Shown here: positions 39,420 through 52,140 of the stretch, one piece after another
Numbering within the stretch: position 1 is the stretch's first letter
Layout of the letters: each line of letters starts with the position of its first letter
Assembly: GCF_028641065.1 (NCBI RefSeq)
Contig: NC_073382.1
Location: forward strand, 86,118,001-86,182,000
DNA from: Leucoraja erinacea
Lineage: Eukaryota
Direction: 5' to 3'
DNA: 64,000 bases
Notes under the pieces: generated by a model
What the model was told of the DNA's origin: nothing
Database searches by the model: none
Seen by the model: only the letters and a program-made list of their open reading frames with translations
Made by a program: the position numbers and the translations under genes

Positions 39420-39716
39420 GTGAGTATGGGTTGGGATGGTCCCTCCTTGAGGAGTGGGTTTCATTGCTTGTGTCAGGAATTTTACATTGAAACCGAAAGT
39501 GATGTTATCCATAAATAAAGATAACATGAATATGAGATGAAGTTGTTGGGCAATGAGGGAGGTTGTGAATGGATGCTGCGGGATATAGATTAGTTGGGTA
39601 TTAGAGCAAAGAAATGGCAGATGGAGCTTAAATGTACAAGGACGAAATGATGCATTGCAAGAGACCAAATGCACCTGGGAAGTACACTGTAAGTGGCAGG
39701 ACCCTCAGGGGCATTA

Positions 39717-39985
39717 CCAAGATGAGAAAATCATTTTTTACTCGGAGAGTGGTGAATCTGTGGAATTCTCTGCCACAGAAGGTAGTTGAGGCCAGTTCAA
39801 TGGCTATATTTAAGAGGGAGTTAGATATGGCCCTTGTGGCTAAAGGGATCATGGGGTATGGAGAGAAGACAGGTACAGGATACTGAGTTGGAAGATCAGC
39901 CATGATCATATTGAATGGCGGTGCAAGCTCGAAGGGCCGAATGGCCCACTCCTGAACTTATTTTCTACGGTTCTATATTTCTACG
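39717..39985 (+). mobile_element. CR1 3' end fragment replacing part of an intron unit
   Basis: MRKSFFTRRVVNLWNSLPQKVVEA..FKRELD plus a 3'UTR like 32750-33010 and a ttcta-type tail. Confidence 0.85.
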
Positions 39986-40243
39986 TGTAGAGGGAGCATC
40001 TTGGTCGGGTTGGTTGACTTGAGCTGAAGGGCCTTCTCCTGTGCAGTGTGACACAGTCTGTTCAGGTGGGAGTCGAGGTTTGTGGAAGAGTCAGGTTTTG
40101 TAGGGTGGTCTTGCTCTCGAGTGGCTGTGCAGCATCCTCCTGTCACCGGCGCTGTGATGAGCGGAGAGCGACCTGCTGGCTACCCTGCTGAAAATCACAT
40201 GAAATCCTGCAGCAGATTTAACCTCATCCCCCCTCTGTTGCAG

Positions 40244-40558
40244 GTCCGGTGCCCGTCCGTCTAGTGAATGGGAACAACATGTGCTCCGGGAGAGTGGAGG
40301 TCTATCATAACTCCACCTGGGTCACCGTCTGCGGCAGGAGTTGGGATATCAATGAGGGGAACGTGGTCTGCAGGGTGTTGAACTGTGGGACAGCCCGGAT
40401 AGTAACAGCAGCTGTCTCTGATGGAGAGGCCACTGGGAACATCTGGCTAAATGAAGTGACGTGTAACGGGACAGAGCCTGCCCTCGACCAATGTCCTGCC
40501 AGCCCATGGAGGGTGAATAACTGCACACACGGAGAGTACGCTGAAGTATCCTGCTCAG
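40244..40558 (+). CDS. SRCR group B exon 16
   Basis: ttgcag / gtgagt, 315 nt, open (ORF 40249). Confidence 0.9.
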
Positions 40559-42301
40559 GTGAGTGTGGGTGGGGATGCTCCCTCCTTGATGAGTGGGTTT
40601 CATTGCTCGGGTCAAGAATTTTACATTGAAACCGAAAGTGATGTTATCCATAAATAAAGACAACATGAAAATGAGATGAAGTTGTGGGCAGTGAGGGAGG
40701 TTGTGAATGGATGCAGCGGGATATAGATTAGTTGGGTATTAGAGCAGAGAAATGATGATGGAGCTTAAATGTACAAGAACGAAGTGATGCATTGCAAGAG
40801 ACCAAATGCACTTGGGAAGTACACAGTAAATGGCTGGAACCTCAGGAGCATTGATATACAGGGATAGCGTAGGTTAACAAGAGCTTGTTGAGGATGACAT
40901 TCATCCACAATTTCCATGTAAAAAAATACTCTTCATTGGAAGAGTATTTGTTACATGGAAATTGTGGATGAATGTGGAGTATTTTCTCTGAAGCATTGAT
41001 GCTGTTGGGTGACTAGGTGGAAGAATATGAAATTTCCTCAACTATTAATATCCCACTGTCTAACCCACTACCCTCTCACGCCTGGCACCACATCATATTC
41101 CAGAGACTCTCCTCCCCTTTCACCTGTCTCAGAAGCTTTTGTTGACTTGATTCTGAATATAACCTCATTCCATATCTGGTCCAGGTAAGATTCAGGAGGA
41201 TTTTACCAGGAGTGAAGGGTTTGAGTTATAGGGAGTCACTGGATAATATAAGAGAAGTTAATAGATGGCAAACAGGAGGATAGAGCAGGGAAACTGGCCC
41301 TTCAGTCCACCGACTCCGCTCTGATCATCACCCATTCATTCATACTAATCTCAGATCACTCTCCACACATTCCCGTCAACTCCCAAGACTCCCACGCTTA
41401 TTGACACACTCGGGGAATTAACGGCAGACGATTAACTCAATTATCTGAAATATGAGAGAGAATTGGAGCATCCGGGGGGAAATTCATGCAGACCAGAGGG
41501 AGTGGAAAGACCGGATAAGGTGGAGCGAAGGGACCAGGGTCTGAAAGAGGTTCATAAAATCACAAGGGGCACAGATAATGTGGACATCACAACATATGTG
41601 TGGGAAGGAACTGCAGATGTTGATTTAAACCGCAGATGGACACAAAAAGCTTGTGTAACTCAGCGGATCAGACAGCCTCTCCAGAGAACAGGAATAGGCT
41701 TTGGTTCGTGAACCGGGTTCCGACTGAAAAAGGGTCTCGACCTTCAAAGTCACTTATTCCTTCTCACCAGAGATGCCGTCTGCCCGCTGAGTTACTCTAG
41801 CTTTTTGTGTCGATCACAATATATGTCCCCGGTCATGAGAGTGGGACGACATAGGTTGTAGTTAGGGAAAAGATTTAATCGGAACCTGAGACGTAACACA
41901 TAGAGGGTAGTGGGTGCATGGACAGAGCTGCCAGAGGAAGTGGTTGAGGCAGGTGCAACAAAAGCAATATTTAAAGACATCTGGACAGATAAATGAATCG
42001 TAAAGCTTTGTAGGGATATGGACAGAATGCTGGAAAAGGCAACTGGTGTAGAGGGAGCATCCTGGTTCGGGTTGGGAGATGTGCTGAAGGGCCTTCTGCT
42101 ATGCAGTGTGACAGTCTGTTGGGGTGTGAGTCGAGGTTTGTGGACGAGTCAGGTTTTGTAGGGTGGTCTTGTTCTCAAGTGGCTGTGCAGCATCCTCGTG
42201 TCACCTGCGCTGTGATGAGCGGAGAGCAACCTGCTGGCTACCCTGCTGAAAATCGCATGCAATCCTGCAGCAGATTTAATCTCATCCCCCCTCTGTTGCA
42301 G

Positions 42302-42616
42302 GTCCGGTGCCCGTCCGTCTGGTGAATGGGAACAACATGTGCTCCGGGAGAGTGGAGGTCTATCATAACTCCACCTGGGTCACAGCCTGCGACAGGAGCT
42401 GGGATATCAATGCGGGGAACGTGGTCTGCAGGGTGTTGAACTGTGGGACGGCCCGGTTAGTATCAACAGCTGCCTCCTACGGAGTGGTCACTGGGAACAT
42501 CTGGCTGGATGGGGTGAAGTGTAACGGGAAAGAGCCTGCCCTCGACCAGTGTCCTGCCAGCCCATGGAGGGTGAATAACTGCACACACGGAGAGTACGCT
42601 GAAGTCTCCTGCTCAG
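42302..42616 (+). CDS. SRCR group B exon 17
   Basis: ttgcag / gtgagt, 315 nt, open (ORF 42307). Confidence 0.9.
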
Positions 42617-44365
42617 GTGAGTGTGGGTGAGAATGGTCCCTCCTTGAGGAGTGGGATTCATTGCACGGGTAAGGAATTTTACATTGAAACTGAAAGTGAT
42701 GTTATCCATAAATAAAGACAACATGAAAATGAGATGAATTTGTGGGCAGTGATGGAGGTTGTGAATGGATGCAGCGGGATACAGATTAGTTGGGTATTAG
42801 AGCAGAGAAATGGCAGATGGAGCTTAAATGTACAAGGATGCAGTGATGCATTGCAAGAGAACAAATGCACACGGGAAGTACACAGTAAATGGCAGGATCC
42901 TCAGGAGCATTGATGTACAGGGATAGCATAGGTTAACAAGAGCTTGTTGAGGATGACATTCATCCACAATTGCCATGTAACAACTACCCTTCATTGGAAG
43001 AGTATTTGTTACATAGAAATTGTGGATGAATGTGGAGTGTTTTCTCTGAAGCGTTGATGCTGCTGGGTGACTAGGTGAAAGAATATGAAAATTCCTCAAC
43101 TATAAATTTCCCACTCTGTCTAACCCACTCCCCTCTCACGCCTGGCACCACGTCATATTACAGAGACTCACATCCCCTTTCACCAGTCTCAGAAGCTTTT
43201 GTTGACTTGATTCTGAATCTAACCTCATTCCATATCTGGCCCAGGTAAGATTCAGGAGGATTTTTACAGGAGTGAAGGGTTTGAGTTTTAGGGAGTCACT
43301 GGATAAAATAAGAGATGGCAAATAGGTGGTTAGAGCAGGGAAACTGGCCCTTCAGCCCACCGACTCCGCACTGATCATCACCCATTCACTCATACTAATC
43401 TCAGATCACTCTTCACACATTCCCGTCAACTCCCCAGACTCCCACCTTTATTGACACGCTCGGGGAATTAACGTCAGACGATTAACTCAATCAGCTGAGA
43501 TATGAGAGAGAATTGGAGCTCCGGGGGGAAATTCACGCTGATCAGAGGGAGTGGAAAGTCCGGATAAGCTAGAGCGAAGGGACCAGGGTCTGAAAGAGGT
43601 TCATAAAATCACAAGGGGCACAAATAACGTGGACATCACAACATATGTGTGGGAAGAAAGTGCAGATGTTGATTTAAACCGAAGATGGACACAAAAAGCT
43701 TGTGTAACTCAGCGGATCAGACAGTCTCTCCAGAGAACAGGAATAGGCTTCGGTTCGTGACCCGTCTTCAGACTGAAAAAGGGCCTCGACCTTAAAAATC
43801 ACCTATTCCTTCTCACCAGAGATGCTGTCTGCCTGCTGAGTTACTCCAGCTTTTTGTGTTGATCACAATATATGCCCCAGGGCATGAGAGTGGGACGACA
43901 TAGAGGGCACAGGTTGAAGGTGAAAGGGAAAAGATTTAATAGGAACCTGAGACGTAACACACAGAGGCTAGTGGGTGCATGGACAGAGCTGCCAGAGGAA
44001 GTGATTGATGCAGGAGCAGCAAAAGCAACATTTAAAAGACATCTGGACAGATAAATGAATATGAAAGCTTTGAAGGGATACGGTCAGAATGCAGGAAAAG
44101 GATCTGGCATTGAGGGAGCATCTTGGTCGGGTTGGTTGACTTGAGCTGAAGGGCCTTCTCCTGTGCAGTGTGACACAGTCTGTTCAGGTGGGAGTCGAGG
44201 TTTGTGGAAGAGTCAGGTTTTGTAGGGTGGTCTTGCTCTCGAGTGGCTGTGCAGCATCCTCCTGTCACCGGCGCTGTGATGAGCGGAGAGCGACCTGCTG
44301 GCTACCCTGCTGAAAATCACATGCAATCCTGCTGCAGATTTAACATCATCCCCCCTCTGTTGCAG

Positions 44366-44680
44366 GTCCGGTGCCCGTCCGTCTGGTGAATGGGAACAAC
44401 ATGTGCTCCGGGAGAGTGGAGGTCTACCATAACTCCACCTGGAGCACCGTCTGCGGCAGGAGCTGGGATATCAATGCGGGGAACGTGGTCTGCAGGGTGT
44501 TGAACTGTGGGCCGGCCCGGTTAGTATCAGCAGCTTCCCCCTATGGTGAGGCCACTGGGAACATCTGGCTGGATGAGGTGACGTGTAACGGGACAGAGCC
44601 TGCCCTCGACCAGTGTCCTGCCAACCCATGGAGGGTGAATAACTGCACACACGGAGAGTATGCTGAAGTCTCCTGCTCAG
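44366..44680 (+). CDS. SRCR group B exon 18
   Basis: ttgcag / gtgagt, 315 nt, open (ORF 44371). Confidence 0.9.
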
Positions 44681-46346
44681 GTGAGTGTGGGTGGGAATGA
44701 TGTTATCCATAAATAAAGACAACATGAAAATGAGATGATGTTGTGGGCAGTGAGGGAGGTTGTGAATGGATGCAGCGGGATATAGATTAGTTGGGTATTA
44801 GAGCAGAGAAATGGCAGATGGAGCTTAATTGTACAACAACGAAGTGATGCATTGCAAGAGACCAAATACACTCGGGAAGTACACAGTAAATGGCAGGACC
44901 CTCAGGGGCAGTGATGTACAGGGATAGTGTAGGTTATCAAGCGCTTGTTGAGGATGTTTCCTCCAATGAAGAGTATTTGTTACATAGAAATTGTGGATGA
45001 ATGTGGAGTTTTTTCTCTGAAGCGTTGATGCTGTTGGGTGACTAGGTGGAAGAATATGAAATCTCCTCAACTATTAATTTCCCACTGTCTAATCCACTCC
45101 CCTCTCACGCCTGGCACCACGTCATATTACAGAGACTCACCTCCGCTTTCACCAGTCTCAGAAGCTTTTGTTGACTTGATTCTGAATCTAACCTCATTCC
45201 ATATCTGGCCCAGGTATGATTCCGAAGGATTTTACCAGGAGTGAAGGGTTTGAGTTATAGGTAGTCACTGGATAAAATAAGAGATGTTAATAGATAGCAA
45301 ACAGGAGGATAGAGCAGGGACACTGACCCTTCAGCCCACAGACTCCATACTGATCATCACCCATTCACTCATTCTAATCTCAGATCACTCTCCACACATT
45401 CCCGTCAACTCCCCAGACTCCCACGCTTATTGATGCACTCGGCCAATTACCGGCAGACGATTAACTCAATCAGCTGAAATATGAGAGATAATTGGAGCAT
45501 CCGGGGGGGAATTCATGCAGATCAGAGGGAGTGGAAAGACCAGATAAGCTGGAGCGAAGAGACCAGGGTCTGAAAGAGGTTCATAAAATCACAAGGGGCA
45601 CAGATAATGTGGACATCGCAACATATGTGTGGGAAGGAACTGCAGATGTTGATTTAAACCGAAGATGGACACAAACAGCTTGTGTAACTCAGCGGATCAG
45701 ACAGCTTCTCTAGAGAACAGGAATAGGCTTTGGTTTGTGACCCGTCTTCAGACTTAAAAAGTGTCTTGACCTTAAAAGTCACCTATCCGTTCTCACCTGA
45801 GATGCTGTCGGCACGCTGAGTTACTCTAGCTTTTTGTGTCAGTCACAATATATGTCCCTGGGCATGAGAGTGGGACGACATAGAGGGCACAGGTTGAAGG
45901 TGAAAGGGTAAAGATTTAATAGGATCCCGAGAGGTAACACACAGAGGGTAGTGGGTGAATGGACAGAGCTGCCAGAGGAAGTGATTGATGCAGGTACAAT
46001 AAAAGCAACATTTAAAAGACATCTGGACAGATAAATGAATGGGAAAGCTTTGCCGGGATATGGAAGAATGCTGGAAAGGGAACTGGTGTAGAGGGAGCAT
46101 CTTGGACGGGTTGGGTGACGTGAGATGAAGGGCCTTCTCCTGGGCAATGTGACACAGAGTCTGTTGGGGTGGGAGTCGAGGTTTGTGGATGAATCAAGTT
46201 TTGTAGGGTGGTCTTGCTCTCGAGTGGCTGTGCAGCATCCTCCTGTCACCTGCGCTGTGAGGAGCGGAGAGCGACCTGCTGGCTACCCTGCTGGAATTCA
46301 CATGCAATCCTGCAGCAGATTTAACCTCATCCCCCCTCTGTTGCAG

Positions 46347-46661
46347 GTCCGGTGCCCGTCCGTCTGGTGAATGGGAACAACATGTGCTCCGGGAGAGTGG
46401 AGGTCTATCATAACTCCACCTGGAGCACCGTCTGCGGCACGAGCTGGGATATCAATGCAGGGAACGTGGTCTGCAGGGTGTTGAACTGTGGGACGGCCCG
46501 GTTAGTAACAGCAGCTGTCTCTAACGGAGAGGCCACAGGGAACATCTGGCTGAATGAAGTGAGTTGTAACGGGACAGAGCCTGCCCTCGACCAGTGTCCT
46601 GCCAGCCCATGGAATGTGAATAACTGCACACACGGAGAGTACAGTGAAGTCTCTTGCTCAG
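46347..46661 (+). CDS. SRCR group B exon 19
   Basis: ttgcag / gtgagt, 315 nt, open (ORF 46352). Confidence 0.9.
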
Positions 46662-48396
46662 GTGAGTGTGGGTGAGGATGGTCCCTCCTTGAAGAGTGTG
46701 TTTTCCATTGCTCGGGTCAGGAATTTTACTTTGAAACCGAAAGCGATGTTATCCATAAATAAAGACAAAATGAAAATGAGGTGAAGTTGTGGGCAGTGAG
46801 GGAGGTTGTGATTGGATGCAGCGGGATATATATTCGTTGGGTATTAGAGCAGAGAAATGGCAGATGGAGCTTAATTGTACAAGAACGAAGTGATGCATTG
46901 CAAGAGACCAAATGCACCCGGAAAGCACACTGTAAATGGCAGGATCCTCAAGAGCAGTGATGTACAGGGATAGCGTATGTTAACAAGAGCTTGTTGAGGA
47001 TGTTGCCTCCAATGAAGAGTATTTGTTACATGGAAATTGTGGATGAATGTGGAGTGTTTTCGCTGAAGCGTTGATGCTGTTGGGTGACTAGGTGGAAGAA
47101 TATGAAATCTCCTCAACTATTAATTTCCAACTGTCTAATCCACTCCCCTCTCACGCCTGGCACCACGTCATATTACAGAGACTCACCTCCCCTTTCACCA
47201 GTCTCAGAAGCTTTTGTTGACTTGATTCTGAATCTAACCTCATTCCATATCTGGCCCAGGTAAGATTCAGGAGGATTTTGCCAAGATTGAAGGGTTTGAG
47301 TTATAGGGAGTCCCTGGATAAAATAAGAGAAGTTAATAGAAGGTAAACAGGAGAATAGAGCAGGGAAACTGGCCGTTCAGCCCACAGACTCCGCACTGAT
47401 CATCACCCATTCACTCATACTAATCTTAGATCTCAGATCACTGTCCACAGATTCCCGTCAACTCCCCAGACTCCCACCCTTATTGACGCACTCGGGGAAT
47501 TAACGGCAGACGATTAAAACAATCAGCTGAGATATGAGAGAGAATTGGAGCATCGGGGGGAAATTCATGCAGACCAGAGGGAGTGGAAAGTCCGGATAAT
47601 CTGGAGCGAAGAGACCTGGGTCTGAAAGAGGTTCATAAATCACAAGGGGCCCAGATAACGTGGACATCACTAAATATGTGTGGGAAGGAACTGCAGATGT
47701 TGATTTAAACTGAAGAGGGACACAAAAAGCGTGTGCATCTCAGCGGATCAGGCAGTCTCTCCAGAGAACAGGAATAGGCTTCGGTTCGTGACCTGTCTTC
47801 AGACTGAAAAAGGGTCTTCACTTTAAAAATCACCGATTCCTTCTCACCAGAGATGCTGTCTGCCCGCTGAGTTACTCTAGCTTTTTGTATCGATCAGAAT
47901 ATATGCCCCAGGTCATGAGAGTGGGACGACATAGAGGGCACAGGTTGAATGGTGAAAGGGAAAAGATTTAATGGGAACCTAAGACGTAACACACAGAGGG
48001 TAGTGGTTGCATGGACAGCTGCCAGAGGAAGTTATTGATGCAGGTGCAACAAAAGCAACATTTAAAAGACATCTGGGCAGATAAACGAATGGGAAAGCTT
48101 TGCTGGGATATGGAAGAATGCAGGAAAGGGAACTGGTGTAGAGGGAGCATCTTGGTCGGGTTGGGTGACTTGAGCTGAAAGGCCTTCTCCTGTACAGTGT
48201 GACACAGAGTCTGTTGGGGTCGGAGTCGAGGTTTGTGGAAGAGTCTGGTTTTGTAGGGTTGTCTTGCATTCGAGTGGCTGTGCAGCATCCTCCAGTCACC
48301 TGCGCTGTGAGGAGCGGAGAGCGACCTGCTGGCTACCCTGCTGAAAATCACATGAAATCCTGCTGCAGATTTAACCTCATCCCCCCTCTGTTGCAG

Positions 48397-48711
48397 GTCC
48401 GGTGCCCGTCCGTCTGGTGAATGGGAACAACATGTGCTCCGGGAGAGTGGAGGTCTATCATAACTCCACCTGGAGCACCGTCTGCGGCACGAGCTGGGAT
48501 ATCAATGCAGGGAACGTGGTCTGCAGGGTGTTGAACTGTGGGACGGCCCGGTTAATAACAGCAGCTGTCTCTAACGGAGAGGCCACTGGGAACATCTGGC
48601 TGAATGAAATGACTTGTAACGGGACAGAGCCTGCCCTCGACCAGTGTCCTGCCAGCCCATGGAGGGCGAATAACTGCACACACGGAGAGTACGCTGAAGT
48701 CTCCTGCTCAG
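48397..48711 (+). CDS. SRCR group B exon 20
   Basis: ttgcag / gtgagt, 315 nt, open (ORF 48402). Confidence 0.9.
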
Positions 48712-51464
48712 GTGAGTGTGGGTGAGGATGGTCCCTCCTTGAGGAGTGGGTTTCATTGCTCGGGTCAGGAATTTGAAACCGAAAGGGATGTTATCCATAA
48801 ATAAAGATAACATGAAAATGAGATGAAGTTGTGGGCAGTGAGGGAGGTTGTGATTGGATGCAGCGGGATATAGATTAGTTGGGTATTAGAGCAGAGAAAT
48901 GGCAGATGGAGCTTAATTGTACAACAACGAAGTGATGCATTGCAAGAGACCAAATGCACCCGGAAAGCACACTGTAAATGGCAGGATCCACAAGAGCAGT
49001 GATGTACAGGGATAGCGTATGTTAACAAGAGCTTGTTGAGGATGTTGCCTCCAATGAAGAGTATTTGTTACATGGAAATTGTGGATGAATGTGGAGTGTT
49101 TTCTCTGAAGCGTTGATGCTGTTGGGTGACTAGGTGGAAGAATATGAAATCTCTTCAACTATTAATTTCCCACTGTCTAATCCACTCCCCTCTCACGCCT
49201 GGCACCACGTCATATTCCAGAGACCCTCCTCCCCTTTCACCAGTCTCAGAAGCTTTTGTTGACTTGATTCTGAATCTAACCTCATTCCATATCTGGCCCA
49301 GGTAAGATTCAGGAGGATTTTGCCAAGATTGAAGGGTTTGAGTTATAGGGAGTCCCTGGATAAAATAAGAGAAGTTAATAGATGGCAAATAGGAGGATAG
49401 AGCAGGGAAACTGGCCGTTCAGCCCACAGACTCCGCACTGATCTTCACCCATTCACTCATACTAATCTTAGATCTCAGATCACTGTCCACAGATTCCCGT
49501 CAACTCCCCAGACTCCCACCCTTATTGACGCACTCGGGGAATTAACGGCAGACGATTAACTCAATCAGCTGAGATATGAGAGAGAATTGGAACATCCGGG
49601 GGGAAATTCATGCAGACCAGAGGGAGTGGAAAGTCCGGATAATCTGGAGCGAAGAGACCAGGGTCTGAAAGAGGTTCATAAATCACAAGGGGCCCAGATA
49701 ACGTAGGAATCACTAAATATGTGTGGGAAGGAACTGCAGATGTTGATTTAAACTGAAGAGGGACACAAAAAGCTTGTGCAACTCAGTGGTTCAGGCAGTC
49801 TCTCCAGAGAACAGGAATAGGCTTCGGTTCGTGATCCGTCTTCAGACTGAAAAATGGTCTTGCCTTTAAAAATCACCAATTCCTTCTCTGGATGCAGCGG
49901 GATATAGATTAGTTGGGTATTAGAGCATAGAAATGGCAGATGGAGCTTAAATGTACAAGAACGAAGTGATGCATTGCAAGAGACCAAATGCTCCTGGGAA
50001 GTACACAGTAAATGGCAGGACTCTCAGGGGCATTGATGTACAGGGATAGTGTAGGTTAACAAGAGCTTGTTGAGGTTGTTGCCTCCAATGAAGAGTATTT
50101 GTTACAAGGAGATTGTGGATGAATGTGGAGTGATTTCTCTGAAGCTTTGATTCTGTTGGGTGACTAGGTGGAAGAATATGAAATTTCCTCCACTAATAAT
50201 TTTCCACTCTAATCCACTCCCTTCTCACTCCCGGCACCACGTCATATTACAGACTCACCTCTCCTTTCACCAGTCTCAGAAGCTTTTGTTGACTTGATTC
50301 TGAATCTAACCTCGTTCCATATCTGGCCCAGGTAAGATTCCGGAGGATTTTAACAGGAGTGAAGGGTTTGAGTTATAGGGAGACACTGGATAAAGTAAGA
50401 TAAGTTAATAGATGGCAAACAGGATAGAGCAGGGAAACTGGAAACTTCAGACCACAGACTCCGCACTGATCATCACCCATTCACTGATACCAATCTCAGA
50501 CACTCTCCACACATTCCCGTCAACTCCCCAGACTCCCACCCTTATTGACACACTCGTGGAATTAACGCCAGACGATTAACTCAATCAGCTGAGATATGAG
50601 AGAGAATTGGAGCTTCCGGGGGGAAATTCATGCAGATCAAATGGAGTGGAAAGTCCGGTTTAGCTGGAGCGAAGGGACCAGGGTCTGAAAGAGGTTCATA
50701 AAATCACAAGGGGCACAAATAACGTGGACATCACAACATATGTGTGGGAAGGAACTGCAGATGTTGATTTAAACCGAAGATGGACACAAAATGCTTGTGT
50801 AAATCAGCGGATCAGACAGCCTCTCTAGAGAACAGGAATAGGCTTCGGTTCGTGACCCGTCTTCAGACGGAAAAAGGGTCTCGACTTTAAAAATCACCTA
50901 TTCCTTCTCACCAGAGATGCTGTCTGCCCGCTGAGTTACTCTAGCTTTTTTTGTCGATCACAATATATGTCCCAGGGCATGAGAGTGGGACGACATAGAG
51001 GGCACAGGTTGAAGGTGAATGGCAAAAGATTTAATAGGAACCTGAGCCATAACACACAGAGGGTAGTGGGTGCATGGATAGACCTGCCAGAGGAAGTGGT
51101 TGAGACAGCTGCAACGAAAGCAACATTTAAAAGACATCTGCACACTTAAATGAATAGTAAAGCTTTGCAGGGAATATGGACAGAATGGAGGAAAAGGAAC
51201 TGGTGTAGAGGGAGCATCTTGGTCGGGTTGGGTGACTTGAGCTGAAGGGCCTTCTCCTGTGCAGTGTGACACAGAGTCTGTTGGGGGTGGGAGTCGAGGT
51301 TTGTGGAAGAGTCAGGTTTTGTCGGGTGGTCTTGCTCTCGAGTGGCTGTGCAGCATCCTCCAGTCACCTGCGCTGTGAGTAGCGGAGAGCGACCTGCTGG
51401 CTACCCTGCTGAAAATCACATGCAATCTTGCAGCAGATTTAACCTCATCCCCCCTCTGTTGCAG

Positions 51465-51779
51465 GTCCGGTGCCCGTCCGTCTGGTGAATGGGAACAACA
51501 TGTGCTCCGGGAGAGTGGAGGTCTATCAGAACTCCACCTGGAGCACTGTCTGCGGCACGAGCTGGGATATCAATGCGGGGAACGTGGTCTGCAGGGTGTT
51601 GAACTGTGGGACTGCCCGGTTAGTAACAACTGCTGTCTCTAACGGAGAGGCCACTGGAAACATCTGGCTAAATGAAGTGACGTGTAATGGGACAGAGCCT
51701 GCCCTCGACCAGTGTCCTGCCAGACGATGGCAGGTGAATAACTGCACACACGGAGAGTACGCTGAAGTCTCCTGCTCAG
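51465..51779 (+). CDS. SRCR group B exon 21
   Basis: ttgcag / gtgagt, 315 nt, open (ORF 51470). Confidence 0.9.
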
Positions 51780-52140
51780 GTGAGTGTGGGTGGTGATGGT
51801 CCCTCCTTGAGGAGTGGGTTTCATTGCTCGGGTCAGGAATTTTTCATTGAAACTGAAAGTGATGTTATCCATAAATAAAGACAACATGAAAATGAGATGA
51901 AGTTGTGGGCAGTGAGGGAGGTTGTGAATGAATGCAGCGGGATATAGATTAGTTGGGTATTAGAGCAGAGAAATGGCAAATCAAGCTTAAATGTACAAGG
52001 ACGAAGTGATGCATTGCAAGAGACCAAATGCACCCGGGAAGTACACAGTAAATGGCAGGACCCTCAGGAGCATTGATGTACAGGGATAGTGTATGTTAAC
52101 AAGAGCTTGTTGAGGATGTTGCCTCCAATGAAGAGTATTT

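Noticed and set aside
47201-47265. Possible small linker (SID-like) exon in each unit: ctcccctttcaccag / tctcagaagc..ctggcccag / gtaaga
   Set aside because: It is 58 nt and would end in phase 2, incompatible with the phase-1 SRCR exons; the AG is mutated in some units (35168, 41125), a 2-nt deletion (near 24343) and an insertion (37862-37928) disrupt others, and the peptide is not Ser/Thr/Pro-rich
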